Below, piece by piece: positions 18,053 through 27,261 of a DNA stretch of 64,000 nt; position 1 is the stretch's first letter; each line of letters opens with the position of its first letter. Under the pieces are notes generated by a model, which did no database searches, was not told the DNA's origin, and was given only the letters and a program-made list of their open reading frames with translations. This DNA comes from an uncultured bacterium (GTDB taxonomy: Bacteria > Acidobacteriota > Aminicenantia > Aminicenantales > Aminicenantaceae), in NCBI GenBank assembly GCA_965533275.1, contig CBESWG010000009.1:6300-70299 (forward strand), written 5' to 3'. The translations under genes were made by a program, and so were the position numbers.

Positions 18053-19279
18053 TCAATCGAGGAGTTTTTCCGGCGCTTCAAGGAAAGAAACCAGGTCGTT
18101 GCTGAAGCGGGCCGCCTCGGCCCCATCGATGACCCTATGATCGAAGGAGAGACAGAGGGGCAGAGTTTTGACGATCCGAACCTCCCCCTTCCTCACACGC
18201 ACGCGGTCCGCGATCTTCATGGTTGCCAGGATGGCCACCTCCGGGAAGTTGATGATGGGGGTCGCGTACTCTCCGCCCAGCATACCCACGTTGGTGATAG
18301 AAAACGTTCCCCCCTTGAGGTCCGCAAGGTCCAGGGTCCGGTCCTTTGCCGCCTCTGCCAGGGTTCCGATCTCTTTGGACAGGTCGAATAGTGTCTTCTG
18401 GTCGGCGAACTTGATAACGGGCACGATCAAGCCGTCCGGGATGTCCACGGCGATGCCGATGTTATAGTACTGCTTGACGAGGATCTCCTGTTCCTCGTCA
18501 TCCAGCACAGAGTTGAGTATGGGATGCAGCTTCAGGGCCTCAATGACCGCTCTGACCACGAAGGGCAGGTAGGTGAGCTTGATGCCCTTTTCCGAAGCCT
18601 CCGGCTTCATCTTCTCCCGTAGCCGTGCCAGCTCTGTAACATCGGCTTCATCGAAGTGCGTCACGTGAGCGGCCGTGGACACGGATTCGGACATCTTGCG
18701 GGCCGTGGCGCGCCGCACACCCCTCAGGGGTATGCGGTCCAGAGTACCGTAGAAATCGTACTTGGCCTTGACCTTGAGAGCCGGTTTCTTGGGCGCCGCC
18801 GGGGCAGAGATAGATTGAACATCTTCTTCCGTGATCCGCCCGCCGGGTCCGCTTCCGTTCACGGTATTCAGGTCCACGCCCATCTGCAAGGCGAGGCGCC
18901 GGACCTTGGGTGTTGCCAGGATCTCGCGGATCTCGGTCCTGATATCCTTGATTTCGCCCACGACAGAAGGGGCCGCCTCCTCTCGGATCGTTTCCTGGAC
19001 GGCTCCTTCTGCTGGAGAAGGCGCCTGGCCGAGCTTTTCCCCCTTCTTCCCTATGGTGACCAGGGCCTGACCGACCTGGACCAGGTCTTTCTCCTTGAAA
19101 TGGAGTTTCAAGACCGAGCCCGAGTAGGGCGAGGGGACCTCCACGACGGCTTTGTCGGTCTCCACCTCGGCCAAGGTCTGATCCTCCTTCACCTCATCGC
19201 CCTCCTGGACCAGCCAGCGGACGATCTCTCCTTCGGTGATGCCTTCGCCGATATCCGGGAACTTGAATTCTTGAGCCAT
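18053..19279 (-). CDS. 2-oxoacid dehydrogenase E2 dihydrolipoamide acyltransferase (single lipoyl domain)
   Basis: N-terminal lipoyl domain (..AEVETDKAVVEVPSPYSG..), a peripheral-subunit-binding domain, and a catalytic domain containing DHRVIDGA. Start at ATG 19279, 2 nt after the E1beta stop. Confidence 0.85.
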   Translation of the reverse strand: MAQEFKFPDIGEGITEGEIVRWLVQEGDEVKEDQTLAEVETDKAVVEVPSPYSGSVLKLHFKEKDLVQVGQALVTIGKKGEKLGQAPSPAEGAVQETIREEAAPSVVGEIKDIRTEIREILATPKVRRLALQMGVDLNTVNGSGPGGRITEEDVQSISAPAAPKKPALKVKAKYDFYGTLDRIPLRGVRRATARKMSESVSTAAHVTHFDEADVTELARLREKMKPEASEKGIKLTYLPFVVRAVIEALKLHPILNSVLDDEEQEILVKQYYNIGIAVDIPDGLIVPVIKFADQKTLFDLSKEIGTLAEAAKDRTLDLADLKGGTFSITNVGMLGGEYATPIINFPEVAILATMKIADRVRVRKGEVRIVKTLPLCLSFDHRVIDGAEAARFSNDLVSFLEAPEKLLD

Positions 19280-19281
19280 GT

Positions 19282-20256
19282 TTACCACTCCATGAGTTTG
19301 GCTATAGCAGACGCCACCCGCTGAGGGGTGGGGTAATAGTGATCCTCGTTCTTGGCTAGGGGGACCGTGATGTCCTGTCCTGTCACGCGCAGCACGGGGG
19401 CTTCAAGATGCAGAAGAGCCTTTTCCATGATCCTGGCGGAGATTTCCGCACCCAGGCCGCAGTTTCGGGGCGCCTCATGGACCACCAGGGCCCGGCCGGT
19501 GCGCGTCACGGATTCGAGGACCCCCTCCTCATCGAAGGGGCTGAGCGTGCGCAGGTCGAGGACCTCGGGGAAGGTCCCGGTCTTTTCCCCCTCATCGGCC
19601 GCCGCCTGCGCCGCCGGAACCATGGCCCCCCAAGCGATGATCGTGAGGTCTTCGCCCTCCCTTACCACACGGGCTTTTCCCAGGGGGATCTCCTCCGGCG
19701 CCTCCGGGACGTCCTGTTTTCCCGCCCGGTACAGGCGCTTGGGCTCCAGGAAGATGACGGGGTCATCCGACCGGATGGCCGATGTGAGCAGGCCCTTGGC
19801 ATCCCGGGGCGTGGAGGGCGCGACCACGACGAGGCCCGGGATGTGACAGAAAAGCGCCTCGGTGCTCTCGGAGTGGTGCTCCAGGGCCCGGACCCCGGCG
19901 CCGTAGGGCATCCGGATGACCAGGGGGACCGTAAAACGACCCCGGGAACGGTTGCGCAGTCGGGCGACGTGGTCGATGATCTGGTGGTATGCCTCATACA
20001 CGAATCCCATGAACTGAATCTCCACCACCGGACGCAGGCCGTAGGCGGCCATCCCGATGGCGGCCCCGACGATTCCGGCTTCCGCTAGGGGTGTGTCGAT
20101 GACGCGCTCCGGTCCGAACTCCTGCAGGAGGCCGTCGGTGACGCGAAACACGCCCCCGTCCACACCGACGTCTTCGCCCAGGACGAGGACGTCCGGATCG
20201 CGTCCCATCTCCTGAAACAGGGCCTGGTTGAGGGCCTGAACCATGTTGACCATCAC
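19282..20256 (-). CDS. 2-oxoacid dehydrogenase E1 beta subunit (transketolase-like)
   Basis: 324 aa with typical E1beta motifs (EIQFMGF, transketolase C-terminal domain). Overlaps E1alpha by 4 nt. Confidence 0.9.
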   Translation of the reverse strand: MMVNMVQALNQALFQEMGRDPDVLVLGEDVGVDGGVFRVTDGLLQEFGPERVIDTPLAEAGIVGAAIGMAAYGLRPVVEIQFMGFVYEAYHQIIDHVARLRNRSRGRFTVPLVIRMPYGAGVRALEHHSESTEALFCHIPGLVVVAPSTPRDAKGLLTSAIRSDDPVIFLEPKRLYRAGKQDVPEAPEEIPLGKARVVREGEDLTIIAWGAMVPAAQAAADEGEKTGTFPEVLDLRTLSPFDEEGVLESVTRTGRALVVHEAPRNCGLGAEISARIMEKALLHLEAPVLRVTGQDITVPLAKNEDHYYPTPQRVASAIAKLMEW

Positions 20257-21302
20257 CGGCCCTTCTCCTGTTGGGATTCCCGCAGCTCCGCCAGCTGCTC
20301 GCTGAGATGGGGCGGCATGGAGGCGTAGGTGTGGATGAACATCTCCTCCAGGGAGGGAGGCTCCATGGCTTCCGCGGCTTTGACGGCCTGGTTGATGCTG
20401 GCTTCTGCCTCCGCCTGCACCTTCCGTTCGAATTCCTCATCCCAGTGACCGGCCCCGGCGAGGAAAGCCTGGAACCGCTTGAGGGGATCACGGCCTTCCC
20501 ATTCCCGTGCTTCATCCTCCGGCCGGTACTTGCCGGCGTCGTCCGATGTCGTATGGTTGCTCAGACGATAGGTGACAGCTTCGATCAGAGTGGGGCCCTC
20601 TCCTGCGCGCGCTTTCTTCAGGGCGTCACGGACTGTCGTGTACACGGCCAGGATATCATTCCCGTCCACCTGGATGCCTTCGAATCCGTACGCATCGGCC
20701 TTCTGGGCGAGTGTCGCCGAGGCGGTCTGCTTTTCCCGGGGGAGCGAGATGGCATACTGGTTGTTGTAGCACACGAACACGTTCGGGGTATTGAACACCC
20801 CTGCGAAATTGAGGCCCTCGTGGAAGTCCCCCTGGGAAGTGGCCCCGTCGCCGAGTGTACATACCACGGCATTGCCTCGGCCTCTGCGTTGAGCTGCCAT
20901 GGCAGCTCCCACTGCTAGAGGGATCTGAGAGGCGACAGGTACCGAGAGGGGGAAGATGTTTAGGCCCTCCGGGATTTCCGAACCCTTTTCGTTCCCCATC
21001 CAATACACGAAATAGGATTCCAGCGGATACCCCAGCGTGATGTAGGAACCCAGGTCACGGAAGTAGGGGAAAAACCAGTCGTCCTTTTCAAGCGGCAGCG
21101 CGGTGCCCACTTGGCAGGCTTCGTGCCCGAGGCTGGGGGCAAAGGTGCCCATCCGGCCTTGGCGCTGCAGCTTGAAAGCCTTGTCATCTGCCAGTCTGGT
21201 GGAGAGCATCAGCGAATACATGCTCCGCAGGACATCCGCACTCAGGTCCGGAAGGGGAGTGGAACCGGGGCGCCCCTCCGGATCGATCAACTGAATCATC
21301 AT
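20253..21302 (-). CDS. 2-oxoacid dehydrogenase E1 alpha subunit (TPP-binding; BCKDH/PDH/acetoin type)
   Basis: Start trimmed to MMIQLIDPEG, overlapping the upstream thioredoxin stop (ATGA). TPP motif GDGATSQGDFHEGLNFA and the YR.SNHTTSDD region are present. Confidence 0.85.
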   Translation of the reverse strand: MMIQLIDPEGRPGSTPLPDLSADVLRSMYSLMLSTRLADDKAFKLQRQGRMGTFAPSLGHEACQVGTALPLEKDDWFFPYFRDLGSYITLGYPLESYFVYWMGNEKGSEIPEGLNIFPLSVPVASQIPLAVGAAMAAQRRGRGNAVVCTLGDGATSQGDFHEGLNFAGVFNTPNVFVCYNNQYAISLPREKQTASATLAQKADAYGFEGIQVDGNDILAVYTTVRDALKKARAGEGPTLIEAVTYRLSNHTTSDDAGKYRPEDEAREWEGRDPLKRFQAFLAGAGHWDEEFERKVQAEAEASINQAVKAAEAMEPPSLEEMFIHTYASMPPHLSEQLAELRESQQEKGR

Positions 21303-21580
21303 TTTTTCGCCCAGTCCACCAGTTCTTCGTACTCCACCTCGCCGCAGAAGAGGTCCTGCGTCTCGGTGTTGAGAAAAGTGGGTACCCGCAGCTGTCCGCC
21401 GCATTTGGAGGTTATGAGGTCCCGGTAGGACCGCATTTTGTCCGCATTCTGCTCGTTGTGCCACACCTCCAGTTTCTCGATCTCCACGCCTTTCTCTTCG
21501 ATCATCTTGTCGACCAGGGGCATCATCTTCCGGCAGTGGGGGCACTCCTGGCCATGAAACATCACAAGTTTACTCATCGT
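21299..21580 (-). CDS. thioredoxin-fold protein (CPHC active site)
   Basis: 93 aa from MSKLVMFHGQECPHCRKM..; glutaredoxin/NrdH-sized thioredoxin fold. Confidence 0.6.
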   Translation of the reverse strand, partial: TMSKLVMFHGQECPHCRKMMPLVDKMIEEKGVEIEKLEVWHNEQNADKMRSYRDLITSKCGGQLRVPTFLNTETQDLFCGEVEYEELVDWAKK

Positions 21581-22004
21581 CGCTCCTTTTAACAAATAAG
21601 CCGCACCAGCATTCACCCTCCTCCTTCTCCATGTATGTGTCGTGGATCAGGAAATTGCAGGGGCAGATCATGGTGAGATCCTTCTCTAAATCCTTTTCGA
21701 TCATCCGGCAGGGACAGTATTTGAGGCCGTGATTGTTCTCGTTGTTGAACATGCCCTCGAGCAGCAGGTCGACGCGTTCCCTGTCCGGATTGACACGAAA
21801 CTCGCTGCCGACGGCAAAGGCCTGGATGGCCTGGGCATAGGCTGCTTTATCCACCGAAGTCTCGGTCACGCTCATGACGCCGCGGGCCTCATCGGAGGAC
21901 ACCTCCACATAGGCGTTCTGTTGCATGCAGGTTGGACAGAGCTCGGGTGCCATGACACCAAAATGGATGTCGTTACAGACATGACATCGCCAGTATTTTT
22001 TCAT
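21570..22004 (-). CDS. ferredoxin:thioredoxin-reductase catalytic-subunit-like protein with N-terminal rubredoxin-like zinc ribbon (FDR-like)
   Basis: Start at ATG 22004 (MKKYWRCHVCNDIHFG..CPTC, a rubredoxin-like CxxC..CxxC). The C-terminal part has YCPCRMIE..ICPCNF..CWCGLF, the FTR-catalytic-chain Cys pattern. An RBS, GAGGAAAAC, lies upstream. Confidence 0.65.
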   Translation of the reverse strand: MKKYWRCHVCNDIHFGVMAPELCPTCMQQNAYVEVSSDEARGVMSVTETSVDKAAYAQAIQAFAVGSEFRVNPDRERVDLLLEGMFNNENNHGLKYCPCRMIEKDLEKDLTMICPCNFLIHDTYMEKEEGECWCGLFVKRSDDE

Positions 22005-22045
22005 GTTTTCCTCTATATTCGGAGCTCTTGCTTCGAGAACTCCTG

Positions 22046-22762
22046 CTACAGCGTGTTCAAATAGGCCAGCAGGTCGGCCATCTCTTTGTCCGAAAGATCG
22101 GTGAAGGCCGGCATGGACTGGAAGGGTTTGAGTATCTGGCTCTTCACGTTCTCCAGGGTGGCCGGTCTTTCGCTGGTGGGCAGGCGCTCCTTTTTCATCA
22201 GGCCTGCCAGGCCAGGCCCGAATTTTGCCTCCTCCTGGTCCGGGAAATGACAGGCGGAACATTTGGCGGCGAAAATTGCTGAGCCGTTATCCGCGTTACC
22301 TGCTGGGATCACAACCGCCGTGTCAGCGATCTCCGTTCCCTTAAGGGGTGCGGCCAGCGCTCGGGCCGTGTAGAAGCCGCCCGAGATTAGGAATACCACA
22401 AAACCCAGGCTGAAGACGATCATACCGAGCGTGGGGGCGTACCTGAGCAGGTTCGGGAAGCGTTTGACGATCGCGACCTTGAGAAAAAGGATGATGACCA
22501 GCCCCAGGGCGAGCAGGGCGTGCAGGACAGCACGGAGCGACAGGGTGTCTCCGCTGATTACCCAGAACCGGAATCCCATCACTGCGTTAATAAGCATCAG
22601 CAGGAAAAAGACACGGCCGGCTCCGTGATGGATCTTGCGCAGTTTCGGGGCCGGCATCTTCTTCTCCTGCTTTCCCATAACGGTCAGCATGCTCAGGACC
22701 GCGGCAAAACCCACGATCAGAAACAACCAGCCCAGAACAGTTTTGATCAAATAGTATGACAT
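22046..22762 (-). CDS. membrane protein with C-terminal mono-haem cytochrome c domain
   Basis: 238 aa with about 4 N-terminal TM helices, then CSACH (CxxCH) in a soluble C-terminal domain. Confidence 0.55.
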   Translation of the reverse strand: MSYYLIKTVLGWLFLIVGFAAVLSMLTVMGKQEKKMPAPKLRKIHHGAGRVFFLLMLINAVMGFRFWVISGDTLSLRAVLHALLALGLVIILFLKVAIVKRFPNLLRYAPTLGMIVFSLGFVVFLISGGFYTARALAAPLKGTEIADTAVVIPAGNADNGSAIFAAKCSACHFPDQEEAKFGPGLAGLMKKERLPTSERPATLENVKSQILKPFQSMPAFTDLSDKEMADLLAYLNTL

Positions 22763-22827
22763 GGACGACTCCTCCTCGTTCCCTTGAGATCTTGTACTGT
22801 GCGGACGATCAGATTGCTGCCGCCGGC

Positions 22828-23052
22828 CTACTTCTCTGCACCAGCCGCGCAGTAGAAGAGCTTGTCGAGCTCGTACTGTGAGGCAAGGGGGCAGGCACCG
22901 CAGATGCAGCCGTTCCTGTCGAAGTCACAGGAACTGGCTCCTTTAGCACAATAGAGCCCCTCCATGTTGTCCTGCATGCACTGGTTGTAGGACGGGCAGC
23001 CGCCACAAATGCACTGCTGCATGATTTCAGGTGTGTCAGGCACTTTCGCCAT
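22828..23052 (-). CDS. small cysteine-rich protein (DUF2769-like)
   Basis: 74 aa with 10 Cys in CICGGCPSY / CICGACP motifs. Confidence 0.5.
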   Translation of the reverse strand: MAKVPDTPEIMQQCICGGCPSYNQCMQDNMEGLYCAKGASSCDFDRNGCICGACPLASQYELDKLFYCAAGAEK

Positions 23053-23130
23053 GGTTTTCTCCTTCGTTGATGAGGGATTTGATCCCTCTCTTCTTTGTTA
23101 CTTTAGCATTGCCGATAAGAATAGTAAACA

Positions 23131-24900
23131 TTACAGGCGGTGGATAGCTTCGATATATTTATCCGGATCGACGAGCACATCGATGATGCATGGGGACGAA
23201 GAGGCCATGGCCTTGCGAAAGGCCTCGTCCAGGTCTTCGGGCTCTTCCACGCGAAAGCCCGAGCCCCCTGCCGTATCGGCGATCTGGGCGAAATCAGGAT
23301 TCGGGAAGTTGACCCGATACACGGGGTAGCCGTATTCCACCATTTCCTTCTGAATATTCTTCAATTTCCCGTCGTTGAAGACCACGACCGTTATGGGAAG
23401 ACGGTTGTGGACGGCCGTAGTGAACTCCATCCCGGCCATTCCGAATCCGCCGTCTCCGGTCAGTGCGATCACGGGCCGATCGGGCCGGGCCAGGCTGCAT
23501 GCCACCGCGGCCGGCACTCCGAATCCCATCCCGGCCATGTTGGCACACAAGAGCGTGGTCTGCCCCTCACATACGAACCGTTTGTAGAACCAGTATGTGT
23601 GGTCGCCGACATCCGAGCAGATGATGGCGTTCGCTGGAGCGTGTTTTTTCAGCGCCTGGATCACTGTGCCCGGATGGATGGGCTTGTGCAGGTTCTGACG
23701 GTCTTCCTTTAGCAGGGCCAGGTATTTACTGTGCGCCTCCTCGATCAGGGAGTTGAACCCGGGATCCATCTCTCTCTTAGGCAGGATTCCCCGCAGCATC
23801 CGGACCACATTCTGGACATCACCGACGATGCCGGCTTTGACCGGAAAGGTCTTCCCCACGCGTGGTGCATCGATGTCCACCTGGATCACATCGACATCCG
23901 GGACCAGGTTGCGCTGGCGGAATCCGCTGCCCAGGATGACAATGAGGTCGGCCTGCTGGACGATGCGTGGTGCGAATCGGTTGCCGATAGAACCGAGCAC
24001 GCCTAGAACCATTGTATCCGATTCCGGGACCGTGCCTTTGGCCCGGGAGGTGGTTGCGATGGGGGCCCCGATGTGATAGGCCAGATCCAGCAGATCCGGG
24101 CCGCAGTGCCGCGCCCCCCACCCGGCAAACAGTACGGGGCGCCGGCTCTTCTGGATCAGGGCTGCCGCCTTTTGCACGGATTCTCCGGGGAGGGGATCGG
24201 GATGAAACAGGTGGTCTTCCGGGTGCCAGATGGGCTCGTCCAGCGGTTGGGCCAGGACATCGGTGGGCAGGCTGAGAGCGGCTGGCCCGGGCGTGGCATA
24301 CGCCTTCTTGATAGCCAGGTTTAGGACCTTCAAGGCCTGGGCGGGATTTGTGATCATTTGCGCGTAGACGCAAAAGGTCTTGAATATGTCTGTCTCCGCG
24401 ATCTCCTGCAGCGATTCGCTTCCCAGGAAAACCTCCGGCACCTGGCCCAGCAGGGCGAGAACCGGGGCGCGATCGGTGGCTGCGTCCACGATCCCGGTGA
24501 TCAAGTTGGTGGCGCCCGGTCCTGCTATGGACATGCAGACACCGATCTCTCCGGTCAGCTTGGCGTGGGCGGAGGCCATGTAGGCTGCTGCCTGTTCATG
24601 CCGCGTGAGGATGAGCTCAATGTCCGGATGACGGCGGATCGCATCCGTAAGGGGCAGGTTGGAATGGCCCGGGATGCCGAAGACCCGCTTCACACCGTAA
24701 GCCGCCAACTGCTCTACTAGCTTATCCGCAACCGTGAATTGTGATTTCGAGCCCGTGGCCTCACCTTCTATGATCTGGAAGGCGGAACGGGGGGCGCCGC
24801 AGCGGGGACAGGTCCAGCTTTCAGGGAGATCTTCGAAAGCGGTGCTTTCCTGAGCTTCTTCGTAGATGTACCCACATACTGAACATTTCCACTTCTTCAT
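23131..24900 (-). CDS. thiamine-pyrophosphate enzyme (pyruvate oxidase / acetolactate synthase family) with N-terminal rubredoxin domain
   Basis: The N-terminus is a canonical rubredoxin (WKCSVCGYIYEE...WTCPRCGAP). It is followed by TPP_enzyme N, middle and C domains, including the TPP-binding motif ALTGDGGFGMAG. Confidence 0.8.
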   Translation of the reverse strand: MKKWKCSVCGYIYEEAQESTAFEDLPESWTCPRCGAPRSAFQIIEGEATGSKSQFTVADKLVEQLAAYGVKRVFGIPGHSNLPLTDAIRRHPDIELILTRHEQAAAYMASAHAKLTGEIGVCMSIAGPGATNLITGIVDAATDRAPVLALLGQVPEVFLGSESLQEIAETDIFKTFCVYAQMITNPAQALKVLNLAIKKAYATPGPAALSLPTDVLAQPLDEPIWHPEDHLFHPDPLPGESVQKAAALIQKSRRPVLFAGWGARHCGPDLLDLAYHIGAPIATTSRAKGTVPESDTMVLGVLGSIGNRFAPRIVQQADLIVILGSGFRQRNLVPDVDVIQVDIDAPRVGKTFPVKAGIVGDVQNVVRMLRGILPKREMDPGFNSLIEEAHSKYLALLKEDRQNLHKPIHPGTVIQALKKHAPANAIICSDVGDHTYWFYKRFVCEGQTTLLCANMAGMGFGVPAAVACSLARPDRPVIALTGDGGFGMAGMEFTTAVHNRLPITVVVFNDGKLKNIQKEMVEYGYPVYRVNFPNPDFAQIADTAGGSGFRVEEPEDLDEAFRKAMASSSPCIIDVLVDPDKYIEAIHRL

Positions 24901-24946
24901 ATTCCCTCCTCACTGATCCCGGTTGGTGTGTTCCCCGGTGGCTTAA

Positions 24947-25651
24947 TCATGCAAATATCCAATGGAGAATCTGTATCAAGGCGTAAAAAGAGGCAAGTCC
25001 AAGGACAAAAAACAGGGGCTGACCCTGTTCCTTGTCGGGCAGGAACTCGCGCACAAATACATACAGCATGACTCCTGCTATGCCGCTGATGACGATGTGG
25101 TGAACGATGGGCGAGAACGGTATCAGGCTCGTGAAAAGCACTCCCAGTGGGGCTCCCAGAGAGATGGCGGCCTTTTCAAGCCGGCCGGGGGAGAATTGAC
25201 CGTGCACTTCGGACAGCGAGGCCCCGATCAGCCCGGCGTGCAAAGCGACCGGGATGATGAATAGGAATCCCTGGTAGATCTCACTCCGGATCAGGTCCGG
25301 CAGTACGGCACCGATCAAAAAGTAATAAATAAAAAATGTGATGGTGTGGAAGGCCTTGAGTTTCAGTTGTACGGGCGCTTTTTTATCATGCTGGTAAAAG
25401 TACTTTTCCACGAGATGGACGATAGAAAATGCGAGCAGCAGGAACAGGAATACGGATTCCTTTAGCCGATCCGCGGCATAATAGGTTTGGGGCAGCAGAT
25501 CAAGGAATAGGTATCCTATGGAGATCCCGGCCGCGAAAGAGATGAGGCGAAAACGCCGGGCTCCCGAAGGGATCTTGATGCTTTCCCCCAGAAAATGGAT
25601 GACGGCCACAGCCAGTCCCAGTCCTAGCGCGAGCAGGTTCGATTGATCCAT
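24947..25651 (-). CDS. ZIP-family metal cation transporter
   Basis: 234 aa with about 8 TM helices and conserved His/Glu-containing helices (LHAGLIGASL, HHIVISGIAG). Confidence 0.75.
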   Translation of the reverse strand: MDQSNLLALGLGLAVAVIHFLGESIKIPSGARRFRLISFAAGISIGYLFLDLLPQTYYAADRLKESVFLFLLLAFSIVHLVEKYFYQHDKKAPVQLKLKAFHTITFFIYYFLIGAVLPDLIRSEIYQGFLFIIPVALHAGLIGASLSEVHGQFSPGRLEKAAISLGAPLGVLFTSLIPFSPIVHHIVISGIAGVMLYVFVREFLPDKEQGQPLFFVLGLASFYALIQILHWIFA

Positions 25652-25763
25652 TTCCGAATGCTATGATTACAGAATCAGGTAAGCGTGTAAAGTAAGGCAA
25701 ATTTGTTCATAGATAGGATTGGCCCCGGATGATTGTATCGGCAATTCTTATGAATGATCCCCT

Positions 25764-27242
<1,479 letters not shown>

Positions 27243-27261
27243 TTATCAAAATAATGAAAAG

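Noticed and set aside
21303-21545. 81-aa N-terminal extension of the E1alpha ORF
   Set aside because: The extension is Arg/Gly-rich and overlaps the thioredoxin gene. The internal ATG at 21302 gives a canonical E1alpha length and an ATGA overlap with the upstream stop.
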